Shown here: positions 10,558 through 20,822 of the stretch, piece by piece
How positions within the stretch are numbered: the first letter of the stretch is position 1
How the letters are laid out: each line of letters begins with the position of its first letter
Virus record (IMG/VR): IMGVR_UViG_3300008117_000018
Location: 1-64,000 of that record
From: a virus
Direction: 5' to 3' (one strand)
Length of the DNA stretch: 64,000 nt
The notes under the pieces: model-generated
Seen by the model: the letters and a program-made list of their open reading frames with translations, nothing else
What the model was told of the DNA's origin: nothing
Database searches by the model: none
Position numbers and translations under genes: made by a program

Positions 10558-11320
10558 AGACCAATTAAAATCTATCTGCAACTATTCAGATAAGCAGATG
10601 ACTACACCAAAAGCTCAATTGATGTATGTTGATATGATATCATCAGATGATGAAGAATATAAAAGACAGATCAAACAAAAAAATAGAGAATTAGTAGTTG
10701 ATGCTATTTTAGATGATAAGATTGAAGAATTAAATACATTCAGAGAAAATAACATTGCATCACAAGTAGTTGATTTAAGCTCTCAATATAATCCGGCAGT
10801 TAGTAGTGCTGGACAACAAGTAATAAGTCCAAAAATTATGCAAATAAACTTAACTGCTAAAAAATTTGAGACTTATGAAAAATTATGGAATGAAGTAGTT
10901 GATTTTTTAAATCAAAATACACAAAATCCTAAATCTAAAGCAAATGGCCCATACACATCGTTAGATGTTACTCTAAATGGTGACTTTGAACAAGATTATA
11001 GAAGAGTAATTGCAAAATTGATGATGTCATCAAATATAATTGCAATGGATGGAAGAATTGGACCAGCAACATCACTAATTTATGGTAAAAAATCATTTCC
11101 TTATATAAATTATGCTAGAAATCAATTTGAATCAAATAATATAAATGGAATACAAACCTATTTCAGTGACTTAATTGATGATGATAAAATCATCGTATGT
11201 AGAGGAAGTAATATAGACCAACCAGGATTATTACTTATTGATAACTCTACAACAGGAAATTACTTTTTTGACAAAACACCAAACTGGCATAAACAATTTT
11301 GTTGGTTTAAAATTATTTAA
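10544..11320 (+). CDS. Truncated paralog of the major capsid protein
   Basis: Four collinear blocks match ORF 40885..42609 (see findings). Confidence 0.7.
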   Translation: MTIFKDQLKSICNYSDKQMTTPKAQLMYVDMISSDDEEYKRQIKQKNRELVVDAILDDKIEELNTFRENNIASQVVDLSSQYNPAVSSAGQQVISPKIMQINLTAKKFETYEKLWNEVVDFLNQNTQNPKSKANGPYTSLDVTLNGDFEQDYRRVIAKLMMSSNIIAMDGRIGPATSLIYGKKSFPYINYARNQFESNNINGIQTYFSDLIDDDKIIVCRGSNIDQPGLLLIDNSTTGNYFFDKTPNWHKQFCWFKII

Positions 11321-11323
11321 TAT

Positions 11324-11932
11324 ATGGAAATAATTGAACCAAATCCATTACTGATAAAATATGTCCAAAGATGTAATTCACTATTTACAGAATTTGATTC
11401 TTTAAAAAAAGATTTTGTTGATTCAAACGAGTGGCATTATATAATGTCTAATTTAGAACAAAATATTTTTCTTTTACAAAGATTAAAAGAAAAGAATCTT
11501 CTAAATAAGAATACAATTAACATATGTGATGCCGGTATAGGCTTAGGCGCTGCATTATTTGATATCTATTTACAATCACAAGAAATTACTGATAAAAAAT
11601 TTTATTTTACAGGTATAGAAAAATATGATTCGTATCTGAATTATCTAAATGAATACTTGATAGAAAATTGGAAAAACAAACTTACAATTATAAAAGGTGA
11701 CATAATGCAACAGGATTATTCAAAATATGATATAGTTTATTCATACTCACCTTTTAGAAGTCCAAGATTACTTGTAGACTTCTACACAAAAGTTAAAAAT
11801 GAGATATCCCCTGGTTCATTGATTATTGAAAATAGAAATAAAGGATATGGAATTGAATCAACTATGACTATGGTCGATGGATTAGAATGTATAGTATTGG
11901 ATGATATAGTTGTTTTTAAAAAAACTATTTAG
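11324..11932 (+). CDS. Class I SAM-dependent methyltransferase
   Basis: ICDAGIGLG, GIEK, GDI, YDIVYSYSPF. Confidence 0.75.
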   Translation: MEIIEPNPLLIKYVQRCNSLFTEFDSLKKDFVDSNEWHYIMSNLEQNIFLLQRLKEKNLLNKNTINICDAGIGLGAALFDIYLQSQEITDKKFYFTGIEKYDSYLNYLNEYLIENWKNKLTIIKGDIMQQDYSKYDIVYSYSPFRSPRLLVDFYTKVKNEISPGSLIIENRNKGYGIESTMTMVDGLECIVLDDIVVFKKTI

Positions 11933-12509
11933 CAGCTACTCTAATTTTATCGTACTTAATTAATAATTTATAAATATTTTCATATTCGTTTATTGGATCA
12001 GAAACTATTTGTTGATACCATTTGTTATTGTTAAGATACTCTACTAACATTCCTTTTTTGAAATCACCAATTTTAGTTGGTTTCCAATATCTTACTTGCT
12101 CTAAAAATGAAAAAGATAAACCATTGTATAAATAAGAAGTGTTATCTGAGTCAGTATTATATAAAACTATACTAAGTGGTTTTTCTTGACCATCTCTAAA
12201 TACTTTTTTAGCAATTGACTCATCTCTATATTTTATTATACCACACTCTTGATGAAAATGATTCAATAAAAATATTAAATCTTTTCTTAGTTCATCATTA
12301 TCTACACCAGAAAAAGCCAAAATAGAATTTTCATACTGACCTTTATAAAAACTCTGAATAGGAATTATTGTATAGTCTTTAGCATATAATATAGATGTCA
12401 TATCATCGAGCCTATCTGATGATAGCAATATAAATGATATTTTAGGGTTTTGTAAATCTAACACAAACTTATATATTAAATTAGAAGTCTTAGAAATTGA
12501 ATTGATCAA
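11925..12509 (-). CDS. Hypothetical protein
   Basis: ORF only. Confidence 0.65.
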   Translation of the reverse strand: MINSISKTSNLIYKFVLDLQNPKISFILLSSDRLDDMTSILYAKDYTIIPIQSFYKGQYENSILAFSGVDNDELRKDLIFLLNHFHQECGIIKYRDESIAKKVFRDGQEKPLSIVLYNTDSDNTSYLYNGLSFSFLEQVRYWKPTKIGDFKKGMLVEYLNNNKWYQQIVSDPINEYENIYKLLIKYDKIRVAAK

Positions 12510-13749
12510 ATAACTCTGTTTTAAATATAGCCTCTACTAAATTTTTATTCTTTTTTGCCATAATCAAACTGTCGTGTACGGTTATCAATTTTACCGAAGA
12601 ATCCTCTATCATTATTTTTTTTACAATTTTATTAAAGATTAAATTAGATTCCATTTTTTGCAAATCATAAGCTAAAATTTTATAATCACCCTTTTCCTTT
12701 TTATATAGAGTTATAAAATTGTGAATTGTCGGAAATACTGATTTAAATAACTTATCAGCTCTACTATTTGCTGCATTCCTACCGAATAAAACCTTATAAG
12801 TTAGTTCTTTTACTTCTTTTTTATCTTTTATATTTAGTTTCTGCATTAAAAATTGATAATAATTACCAGAGATAGTCAATTCTTTAAAAATTTCAAACTC
12901 TTCAGATTTAACCCAATTTGTTTTAGAATCTCTAATTAATTTTGTTAGAAAAAGTGGTTGTGAATTTGAAATATCTATTTCACAAGTTTCCTCACCATCT
13001 ATAAGAAGACAATTTTTTCTAATGAAACTTCTCAGGATAGTAAAATTAGTATGCATTCTACCATAAGAATCAAAATGAAAAAATATATGTTTTTCATTTA
13101 TTGAATCACAAGCATAAACATTTCTATTATAGATATCAAAGTCTTTTTCTTTTAATGAATCTAAAAAGAAAATCGATCTTGGTAAGTCGATCTGAACAGA
13201 AAATAAATCAGACACTAACTTCTCACGAACCGTATCTTCAATAAGTGTATAATTTGTTTTAGAATTATTAATTAATTCTAAAACCTTTTTTTTATATTTT
13301 TTTAATAAAACTTTATCGTAGTTTTTTATTCTTTTTTTCTTAGATTTTATGACTTTTGGATTTAGTGAGTAAATTCTAGACGTCACGCCCTTTTTATAAT
13401 TAGTAATTAGTTGAAGTATGTTTCTCTCTATCAGATAATCCATATAACTTTTATACAAATAGCCATATTTATCTTTTAAAACTTCAGCATTTATGACAAA
13501 TTTGTTTTCTTTTTTGAAATAGTATTTTAATAGTAAGTTATTGACTATATCAATAAGATAAGCTGGTTTAATTTTTTGATTTTTATATTCTATAGTTTTT
13601 AATTTAGAAATAGAATCCAGACACTCTGGAAGATAATGTAGGCAGTAATTTTTTTCTCTTAATCTTTTTAAAATATTATTTGAAATTTTTAAGTTACTTA
13701 CTTTGACTATATTCATATCAATCTTATTAAGATTTTCTAATAGATTCAT
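12490..13749 (-). CDS. Small family-A-polymerase-fold protein with N-terminal DNA-binding region
   Basis: YGRMH, EIDISNSQP (motif A), K..TYKVLFG (motif B), LQKMES, TVHDS (motif C). Confidence 0.6.
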   Translation of the reverse strand: MNLLENLNKIDMNIVKVSNLKISNNILKRLREKNYCLHYLPECLDSISKLKTIEYKNQKIKPAYLIDIVNNLLLKYYFKKENKFVINAEVLKDKYGYLYKSYMDYLIERNILQLITNYKKGVTSRIYSLNPKVIKSKKKRIKNYDKVLLKKYKKKVLELINNSKTNYTLIEDTVREKLVSDLFSVQIDLPRSIFFLDSLKEKDFDIYNRNVYACDSINEKHIFFHFDSYGRMHTNFTILRSFIRKNCLLIDGEETCEIDISNSQPLFLTKLIRDSKTNWVKSEEFEIFKELTISGNYYQFLMQKLNIKDKKEVKELTYKVLFGRNAANSRADKLFKSVFPTIHNFITLYKKEKGDYKILAYDLQKMESNLIFNKIVKKIMIEDSSVKLITVHDSLIMAKKNKNLVEAIFKTELFDQFNF

Positions 13750-13946
13750 TGTTTGAAAATTTTATTAATTTTTTGTTTTCTTTTACTCTTAATCATCTCA
13801 CTCATTAATTGACTGGCTAAATCGTCTATATTGATACCATGATAAGATTTTAAATCATGTGATAAATCTCGTGACCAAGTCGCTCTTAGAACTCTTGTAT
13901 CAGCTTTAACTTCAACAGAAGTCATACTAAGACCAATAGATTTCAT
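13746..13946 (-). CDS. Mini-protein resembling an internal segment of T4-type gp23
   Basis: SVEVKADTRVLRATWSRDLSHDLKSYHGINID resembles the gp23 V.A..R.L.A.W..ELAQDL..YHG.D segment. Confidence 0.55.
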   Translation of the reverse strand: MKSIGLSMTSVEVKADTRVLRATWSRDLSHDLKSYHGINIDDLASQLMSEMIKSKRKQKINKIFKQ

Positions 13947-15286
13947 TATTTTGTTGGTGTTTGTTCTTTACCAACTTCAGGAACTATAGGCATTTTACCA
14001 CCTTTACCCTTTTTCTTCTTTTGCTCACCAGATTCTTTATCAAATTCATCATATACATCTGGATAAACTTGACCCTCAGCATCAGTGTCATATTGTATAT
14101 CGAAGAAGTCTCCAAAGTCAAGAAGACCAGCTCTACCTAGCTCTATTTCTTGCATTTTATTTAAATATTTAGATATATAATCGTCAATATCTTGAACAAA
14201 ACCATTAAAAAGTTTCACGGTATTATCAGTAAATATACCAATTGCTTTTTTCTTTTTCTTATTAAGAGAACCCAATAAAACTTTGAAAATATATTCAAGT
14301 TTTGGACTTTCTTCAATATACTCTTTAGTCAATTTATTATTTATCAACTCAACATTAATTTTAAACTTTTGTTTATCAAAAAATTCAGGAACAATGAAGT
14401 CAAAGTTTAGTAAATCTTCTTTTACCTCAGAAACATAGAGGTTAAATAATTTGCTTACTAAATAAAGGTAACACTCATCTTTCTTTTCGCCTTTTAATTT
14501 TATATCTTCTATATTTAGAGATTGACAAAAATTTAAGAAATTTACAAGTATAAGTGTATAAATCTCAACAAAATCAGTATCATTTGTTTCACTTATTCGA
14601 GTATAAAGTGGATTCAATAATTCAAAAGAAAGGTCATCTTTTAAAGTTCTTATAATCAGCTTTTCTATGTTATTCTGAAAGTCTTCACTATTCATTAAGA
14701 AAGAGTTTTCAATGTTAGGATTTAAAATCTTATAAAAGAAATAAGAAAATGATTTTTCACCAAAAATATAATCTAAATCTTCTTCAGACGTATTTAGAAA
14801 ATATTTTATAGCTTCTTTCATTGTTTCAGTAAGTTTACCTTGAAAAACAATTGGAACCATATCAACATTTATTAATCTAGCATATTCGTCTAGTTCATCA
14901 ATATTAAAGCCATACTTTCCTGATTTATTTATAGCAGATAACACTAAATTATTTTTAGGAATTCTATCATATTGTATATTGGCGGGTTGATTATCTGGAA
15001 AATATTCAAAACAAAACCACCATTTCTTATTAAGAAGTGATTTTACACGATTATCTAATTGATTAAAGTAATTTATTGCAGGATTATAATAATTCTGCAT
15101 CGCTAAGTCAATTAAGTTTATTGGTTCGTTTGATATAGACTTAGGCTTTAGAATAAATTCAGTTCCATTCCAATTTACCCATATTTTACTACCTTGTATA
15201 TCTTCTATTACAATAATTTCATCACTTAATATACCATCAAGTAATTCTTTTTCATTTAAGCCGTTAAGCGTAACTAATTTTGCCAT
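13946..15286 (-). CDS. RNA-ligase/nucleotidyltransferase-fold protein with degenerate motif I
   Basis: VIEDIQGS (cf. TEKIDGS), FCFEYF, VPIVFQG. Confidence 0.45.
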   Translation of the reverse strand: MAKLVTLNGLNEKELLDGILSDEIIVIEDIQGSKIWVNWNGTEFILKPKSISNEPINLIDLAMQNYYNPAINYFNQLDNRVKSLLNKKWWFCFEYFPDNQPANIQYDRIPKNNLVLSAINKSGKYGFNIDELDEYARLINVDMVPIVFQGKLTETMKEAIKYFLNTSEEDLDYIFGEKSFSYFFYKILNPNIENSFLMNSEDFQNNIEKLIIRTLKDDLSFELLNPLYTRISETNDTDFVEIYTLILVNFLNFCQSLNIEDIKLKGEKKDECYLYLVSKLFNLYVSEVKEDLLNFDFIVPEFFDKQKFKINVELINNKLTKEYIEESPKLEYIFKVLLGSLNKKKKKAIGIFTDNTVKLFNGFVQDIDDYISKYLNKMQEIELGRAGLLDFGDFFDIQYDTDAEGQVYPDVYDEFDKESGEQKKKKGKGGKMPIVPEVGKEQTPTK

Positions 15287-15321
15287 TTTGATTTCTGTTT
15301 TTTATCAAATTTTTGTATATA

Positions 15322-15594
15322 TTAATTATTCAAAAACATTAATATCTCATCTAAATTCTCTTTATTGAATCCGTGTAATGGTTTTCCACCATTTTTGAGA
15401 TAATCATTATATAATTCATTATATTGATCCTCTGTATAAAAGTTATCATCTATTTCGGAAAATATAATATTTGTGTCGTGTGATGTAATGGTCTTATTTT
15501 GTAGACGTGTCTCACCATAAGCAGGACCAACCGGACCAACAAGTTCCGTTCCAGAGACTTCTTCTAAAATAAATTCTTTAAATTTCTTAATCAT
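15322..15594 (-). CDS. Small protein with capsid-targeting-like leader
   Basis: MIKKFKEFILEE. Confidence 0.7.
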   Translation of the reverse strand: MIKKFKEFILEEVSGTELVGPVGPAYGETRLQNKTITSHDTNIIFSEIDDNFYTEDQYNELYNDYLKNGGKPLHGFNKENLDEILMFLNN

Positions 15595-16045
15595 TATTTG
15601 CCTCTATTTTTTCAAAAAATTCATCTTGTTGTTGAAGCGAATATTGATTCTTTTTCACATTATAAATTATATTATATAAGAATCTGTCACTTAGAAAATG
15701 AGTATAATCTCCTTTTAATTTTATTATACATTCTTCTTTTTCAAAATCGTTCCCAACAGAAGTAATTTGTAATCCGATTTTACCATCTCTATCAATCAAA
15801 TCACAGATAACAATCTTGCTTTTGGATAACAAATCATTCAAACGGCTATAAGTTGTATTTTTACTTAATAACATGTAATCTTTAGTATCATCATCAGTGG
15901 TCTCATTATATAAATTTAGAAAACTTTTTTCTCTATCAGATAATTTTTTCTTTTTAGAAACTTTATCCAATATTCTATTCATCTCAATATCTTTAAGAGA
16001 TTCACCCAAAATGTAGTACTTAAATAGTCTTTTCACATCAGTCAT
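15587..16045 (-). CDS. Hypothetical protein
   Basis: ORF; NRILDKV....LSDREKSFL helical motif; late promoter 16068-16077. Confidence 0.7.
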   Translation of the reverse strand: MTDVKRLFKYYILGESLKDIEMNRILDKVSKKKKLSDREKSFLNLYNETTDDDTKDYMLLSKNTTYSRLNDLLSKSKIVICDLIDRDGKIGLQITSVGNDFEKEECIIKLKGDYTHFLSDRFLYNIIYNVKKNQYSLQQQDEFFEKIEANND

Positions 16046-16067
16046 AATTTATAATAACTTACTAATA

Positions 16068-16105
16068 TATATATTAACTAATGAATGCTTAGTTTTTAAT
16101 ATATA
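16068..16105. promoter_or_regulatory. Back-to-back TTAATATATA late-promoter boxes
   Basis: 16068-16077 (-) and 16096-16105 (+) face divergent genes. Confidence 0.65.
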
Positions 16106-16124
16106 CTTTGAAAATTATTTTTGT

Positions 16125-19100
16125 ATGGATCAGAAGTTACTCAAAGCATTAGAAGATATTGGTTATGGTTTAGAGGCATTGGTTGAAGCTTTAGAAAGTA
16201 AAGAAGAAGCAAAATCAGACTCAGGTAAAGCCATACAATCCGGTGATTTTGGAAAACAACTTGAAAGTATCTCAAACCAATTGGTATCAATTAAAGCAGA
16301 TACTGAAGAAATACTAAAACAACAAAAAACACTTTTAGGCATCTCTAAAGAGAAAGAGAAAGAGAAAGGAAAAGATACAAAAGAAATTGAAGGAGCGGGT
16401 GACGCTAAGAAGGAAAAAAGACTAAAAAGTGGAATAGGTACTATTTTATTAATAGCAGTAGCCGTACTTGCTATTGGAATGGCTTTTAAACTTGTAGGTA
16501 ACATAGATTTTCTTTCAGTCATTGCACTAGGTTTAGCGATTTATGTGGTCGCTCAAGCATTTGCAAAAGTTGCCGAATTGAAGCTTTCTTTAAAAGAAGC
16601 ATTTATCACATCATTGACTATGGTATTAATGTCAGTAGCGATTACAGCATCTTCTTATATTTTACAAGGAATAGTTCCAATTAGCATTATTCAATTAATG
16701 ACAGCAGTTGCAATTGCAGGTGTATTTGCAACAATTGGAATGTCTTTAGAAAAGTTAGGTATAGGTATAACAATTTTCCACAAAATGCTTGGAAATAAAG
16801 TCACTTGGGTTGTGCCGTTGGTAATGGTTGCAATAGCAACGGCGATTACAGCATCATCTTGGATTATGTCAGGTATTACTCCTATTGGAATTACACAAGC
16901 ACTTACAGCAATTGCCATAGCAGGTGTTTTTGCGATAATTGGATTTTCTTTACAAAAAATAGCCGTAGGTATAGTAATAGCCCACGAAGTATTAGGAAAA
17001 AGCGCAACCTGGAAAATGCCATTAATATTGGTAGCGATAGCAACAGCAATTACAATGTCTTCTTGGATAATGCAACTAATTGTACCAATTGGTTTTGCTC
17101 AAGTTTTAACAGCAATTGTTATTGCATTTGTATTCTGGATGATAGGTTATGCACTACCACATATAGCATTTGCTGTATTCTTAGTAGATAAAGCTATGAA
17201 TGCTAAAAAAGCAGCTTGGATAATGCCACTTATTTTAGTAGCCATAGCAACAGCAATTACAATGTCTTCTTGGATATTTTCGTTAGTAGTACCAATGGGT
17301 TGGAAAGAAGCATTAACAATCATCTTAATAACAATCGTATTTGCAGTTTTAGGATTTGTTTTACCGTTTATAGCACTTGGTGTTGTTATGGTTGATAAAA
17401 TTTTAGGAGCTAAAAAATTATTTGTATTACCTCTTGTATTTGTTTTTACAGCACTAGCCATAATGTTATCATCTCACATTTTTGCAGAAATGGCTGATAT
17501 TGAGATAGGTAAAATGTTCAAAATACTTCTGTATGGTGTAATCATGGCAATAGTTATAACTGCATTTTTACCAGCAGTAGTCATATCCGCAATAGCAGCA
17601 AAATTAGTTGGTATTGGAAACTTACTTGTAGGAGTTGTAGCTATAGTAGCGGTAGCCGCCGCAATAATGGCCAGCTCATTAATATTAGAAATAGGTAGCT
17701 ATGAATCATATCCTGGTTTAGGTTGGGTAATTGGTGTTGGATTAGCATTGACAGTATTCTCAGTAGCCGCGGCAGCACTTGGTCTATTAGTATTTGGCCC
17801 TCAGGCACTTATATTCTTGGCAGGACTTGCTGCTGTTTTAGGAGTGGCCGCAACAATTGTAGGTGTATCTCACATATTGAAAGATGGTGAATATAACTTA
17901 CCTGGATTTTTAAGTTGGGCTTTAGGAACTGCATTGTTATATGCAGCATTTACACCAATACTTATAACATTAGGCGCAGTTGGACTAGCATCAAGTGTTA
18001 TAAGTTTCTTTGGACCAAATCCTTGGGAGATGGCAAAAGAAATGATGCTTCAAATTGCAGAAACTATTGTTGCGGTTTCTTATGTATTAGCCGAAGGTTC
18101 GTATAAAAAAGGACCAACTAAAGAGTGGGCAGAGGGAATAGCAATTGCCTTAGGAGCATTTGCACCTGTATATAAAATGCTAGTAGATAATGCATTTTGG
18201 TCTGTATTCGGAATGGGCGGTATAGGTCCAGATGAGTTTGCGGATGGTATATTGACAGTAACAGCTGGTATCGTAGTTGCCGCCAACGAATTTGCTAACA
18301 ACGATGCCGTGTTTAAGAATGGACCACCAGTTGAGTGGGCCACTGGTGTTGGAAAAGCAATAAGTGCCTTCTCGCCAGTTTACGGTGTACTTTTAGGTCA
18401 AGGTAGAAGTTACTTTGATAAGATATTTGGTGGCCCTGGACCAACGGTTGAAGATATGAGAAAAGCCATCATAACAATATCACAAGGTATTGTTGAAGCG
18501 GCTAAATTCTTTGCTGAAAATACATCACCATTTACTGAAGGAAATTATCCAAGTAAAAGATGGGGAGAAGGTGTAGGTGGAGCAATTTCAGCTTTTGCGC
18601 CAGTATTTACTGCAATTTCAGCTACTCCGTGGTATAGTAGTCCAGGAGAAACAATTGCAGCATTAGCTTCAGGTATATCCTCGGTATCCTCAGCAATAGT
18701 AGAAGCAGGTTGGATTTTCGCAGGAACAGAAGCCGAAATGTGGAAATCAGATAAAGTACCAAATAAAGCTTGGGGAGAAGGTGTTGCAGCATCAATAAAA
18801 GCTTTTGGTTATGTATTTGATTATATGTCACAAGAATCCGGTTGGTTTACAAGCGGTGAAGAGGTAATAAGTGATATGTGCTATGCAGTGAGAAAAATAT
18901 CAGAAACAATCGCTTATGCCGGGCAACAATTTACTTATGTAAGTGATTGGAAAAAATATCCAACTTCAACTTGGGCAAACAATGTTAGTGATGTCTCAAA
19001 AACAATGACATATCTTTCAAAATTCTTAATAGACCAATATGGTGAAAGTGATTATGAAATTGCTTGGGGTCTCTATACTATGTCTTTGAAGATAAAAGAA

Positions 19101-19883
19101 ACTGCTCAACATCTCTCAGGTTCAAATAGTTGGAAAGCACCAAAACCTATGTGGGCAAAAGATGCTGGTTTTGCTATAAGAGAAATGGCATATACAGACT
19201 ATGAAATTTGGAGAGGTATAAAAGATACTTATCCTCTGGGTGATTCTGTATTAAGAATGGCAAAAAACATGTCAAAGGCAGCTAAGTATTTATTCTCAGC
19301 GTCAGACGCATTTGAATATAAAGTACCTGATGATTTTATACCATCACTTAGAAAAACAATGTTTGATTTTCAAGAACTTGTTTTTGAGATGGTTGAAAGA
19401 GAAGAGGATAACAAAAGTTTTGCTGATAAGTTCTTAGCAAGAATAGGTATAGGGGATGCTAAATCCAAAGATCCAATATTAGTAATGGCTAATAGATTAG
19501 TTAAACTAGCCAAAGGTTATGATGCACTAGCAAACTCTTTAACAAAACTTGGAGGAGCAATGAAGAGCTTAAATGTTAAAAGTTCTCAAGAACTCGGAAA
19601 TCTAACAGCAGGTCTACTTAAAGGAAAAGCACCTAGTGCAGTTAGTGTGAATAATAACATGACTCAAAATAGAGTTCAAATGGCTGAAATGAAAAGAGTT
19701 AAAAAAGAGGAACAAAAGAAAAAAGAAGATGAGGCAAAAAAACCAAGTGAATTACAGAAAGACATAAAACAAATAATAAAACTTTTGAAAAACATTGATA
19801 AATCTGTAAGTTCAGTAGACGAATATATAGCAGAGGTAAGCGGAATACAATCTTCTGGTGCCGGAGGTGGCCTATTCAAATAA
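16125..19883 (+). CDS. Tape-measure-like protein with many TM helices
   Basis: 1252 aa, Ala/Gly/Ile-rich, repeated LVAIATAITMSSWI and W..G...AI.AF.PV units, coiled-coil ends. Confidence 0.65.
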   Translation: MDQKLLKALEDIGYGLEALVEALESKEEAKSDSGKAIQSGDFGKQLESISNQLVSIKADTEEILKQQKTLLGISKEKEKEKGKDTKEIEGAGDAKKEKRLKSGIGTILLIAVAVLAIGMAFKLVGNIDFLSVIALGLAIYVVAQAFAKVAELKLSLKEAFITSLTMVLMSVAITASSYILQGIVPISIIQLMTAVAIAGVFATIGMSLEKLGIGITIFHKMLGNKVTWVVPLVMVAIATAITASSWIMSGITPIGITQALTAIAIAGVFAIIGFSLQKIAVGIVIAHEVLGKSATWKMPLILVAIATAITMSSWIMQLIVPIGFAQVLTAIVIAFVFWMIGYALPHIAFAVFLVDKAMNAKKAAWIMPLILVAIATAITMSSWIFSLVVPMGWKEALTIILITIVFAVLGFVLPFIALGVVMVDKILGAKKLFVLPLVFVFTALAIMLSSHIFAEMADIEIGKMFKILLYGVIMAIVITAFLPAVVISAIAAKLVGIGNLLVGVVAIVAVAAAIMASSLILEIGSYESYPGLGWVIGVGLALTVFSVAAAALGLLVFGPQALIFLAGLAAVLGVAATIVGVSHILKDGEYNLPGFLSWALGTALLYAAFTPILITLGAVGLASSVISFFGPNPWEMAKEMMLQIAETIVAVSYVLAEGSYKKGPTKEWAEGIAIALGAFAPVYKMLVDNAFWSVFGMGGIGPDEFADGILTVTAGIVVAANEFANNDAVFKNGPPVEWATGVGKAISAFSPVYGVLLGQGRSYFDKIFGGPGPTVEDMRKAIITISQGIVEAAKFFAENTSPFTEGNYPSKRWGEGVGGAISAFAPVFTAISATPWYSSPGETIAALASGISSVSSAIVEAGWIFAGTEAEMWKSDKVPNKAWGEGVAASIKAFGYVFDYMSQESGWFTSGEEVISDMCYAVRKISETIAYAGQQFTYVSDWKKYPTSTWANNVSDVSKTMTYLSKFLIDQYGESDYEIAWGLYTMSLKIKETAQHLSGSNSWKAPKPMWAKDAGFAIREMAYTDYEIWRGIKDTYPLGDSVLRMAKNMSKAAKYLFSASDAFEYKVPDDFIPSLRKTMFDFQELVFEMVEREEDNKSFADKFLARIGIGDAKSKDPILVMANRLVKLAKGYDALANSLTKLGGAMKSLNVKSSQELGNLTAGLLKGKAPSAVSVNNNMTQNRVQMAEMKRVKKEEQKKKEDEAKKPSELQKDIKQIIKLLKNIDKSVSSVDEYIAEVSGIQSSGAGGGLFK

Positions 19884-19916
19884 TTAAACTTTAATTTGAA
19901 ATAAAATATAACTACC

Positions 19917-20345
19917 ATGAAAAAAGTATCATTTTTTAAAAAATTACAACTACTTAGAACTTTTAACAAAGCGATAAAAGAAAATAAAGTAGAGTTACAA
20001 AATAAATTTAATATTAGAATTGATAGAGCAAAAAGATTATACACTGTTCTTAATATTCCTGAAGAACTTATAGGTGAAGCATATTCACTAAAAAAATCAG
20101 ATATAGATAGAATCTCGGAAACTTATATAAAAAGCTATGGTGAAGAACTAGCAACTTTTTTAAATTCAAAAGGTTTGAGTGAGCTATATCAATATTATCA
20201 AATTGAAAAAGTAGATAAATATGCTTATTTGCTTGTCTTTGGATTTAGACTAATCAAATCAGATAAATTTTATAAAAATGTTTATTATATAATTTTACCA
20301 GCATCTGTAATAGTTAGTTTAAGCCTTCTTTTTATATTTTTATAA
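19917..20345 (+). CDS. Hypothetical protein with C-terminal TM
   Basis: ORF. Confidence 0.7.
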   Translation: MKKVSFFKKLQLLRTFNKAIKENKVELQNKFNIRIDRAKRLYTVLNIPEELIGEAYSLKKSDIDRISETYIKSYGEELATFLNSKGLSELYQYYQIEKVDKYAYLLVFGFRLIKSDKFYKNVYYIILPASVIVSLSLLFIFL

Positions 20346-20392
20346 CAACTTTTTAATAATTTTTTTTTATAATTAAAAAAATAAATAATCAA

Positions 20393-20821
20393 ATGGATAG
20401 ATTCACAGAATTGTATCAAGACACTATTGACGACTTTAATAAAGTTTTTGATAAAAAGTCATTTCCGATACCAATCAAATTTCAATTTATTGGAGATTCC
20501 AAACAAAAAAATCTTATAAAGATTTCAAAATTAGCAGATGACATTGCTTTTATTCTCAAAAAGGAATTAAAAGTATCAATAAATGAATCATTACTAAATG
20601 CTTATGATGAGGAATCAATTACGATTTTATTTGAACAAGAAATTGATAAAGTAAATATAAATATTGACACTGGTAAAATTAAACTTGTTAAAACAGATTT
20701 AAATACATTCTCTTCTTTAGTAAATAAATATGGTGTAGAAAAAGTGGCCAGAGCAAATAAAGTAGAAGAATTATATCAGCAGCAAAGACAAGATGCAACT
20801 GACGAGGAATTTATAATTTAA
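20393..20821 (+). CDS. Hypothetical protein
   Basis: ORF. Confidence 0.7.
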   Translation: MDRFTELYQDTIDDFNKVFDKKSFPIPIKFQFIGDSKQKNLIKISKLADDIAFILKKELKVSINESLLNAYDEESITILFEQEIDKVNINIDTGKIKLVKTDLNTFSSLVNKYGVEKVARANKVEELYQQQRQDATDEEFII

Positions 20822-20822
20822 T

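Noticed and set aside
16163-20044. Short alternative and antisense ORFs within the tape-measure-like gene (and similar ones elsewhere, e.g. 152..589, 34043..34375, 38581..38805, 48073..48330)
   Set aside because: Nested in better-supported genes, with no motifs or expression signals
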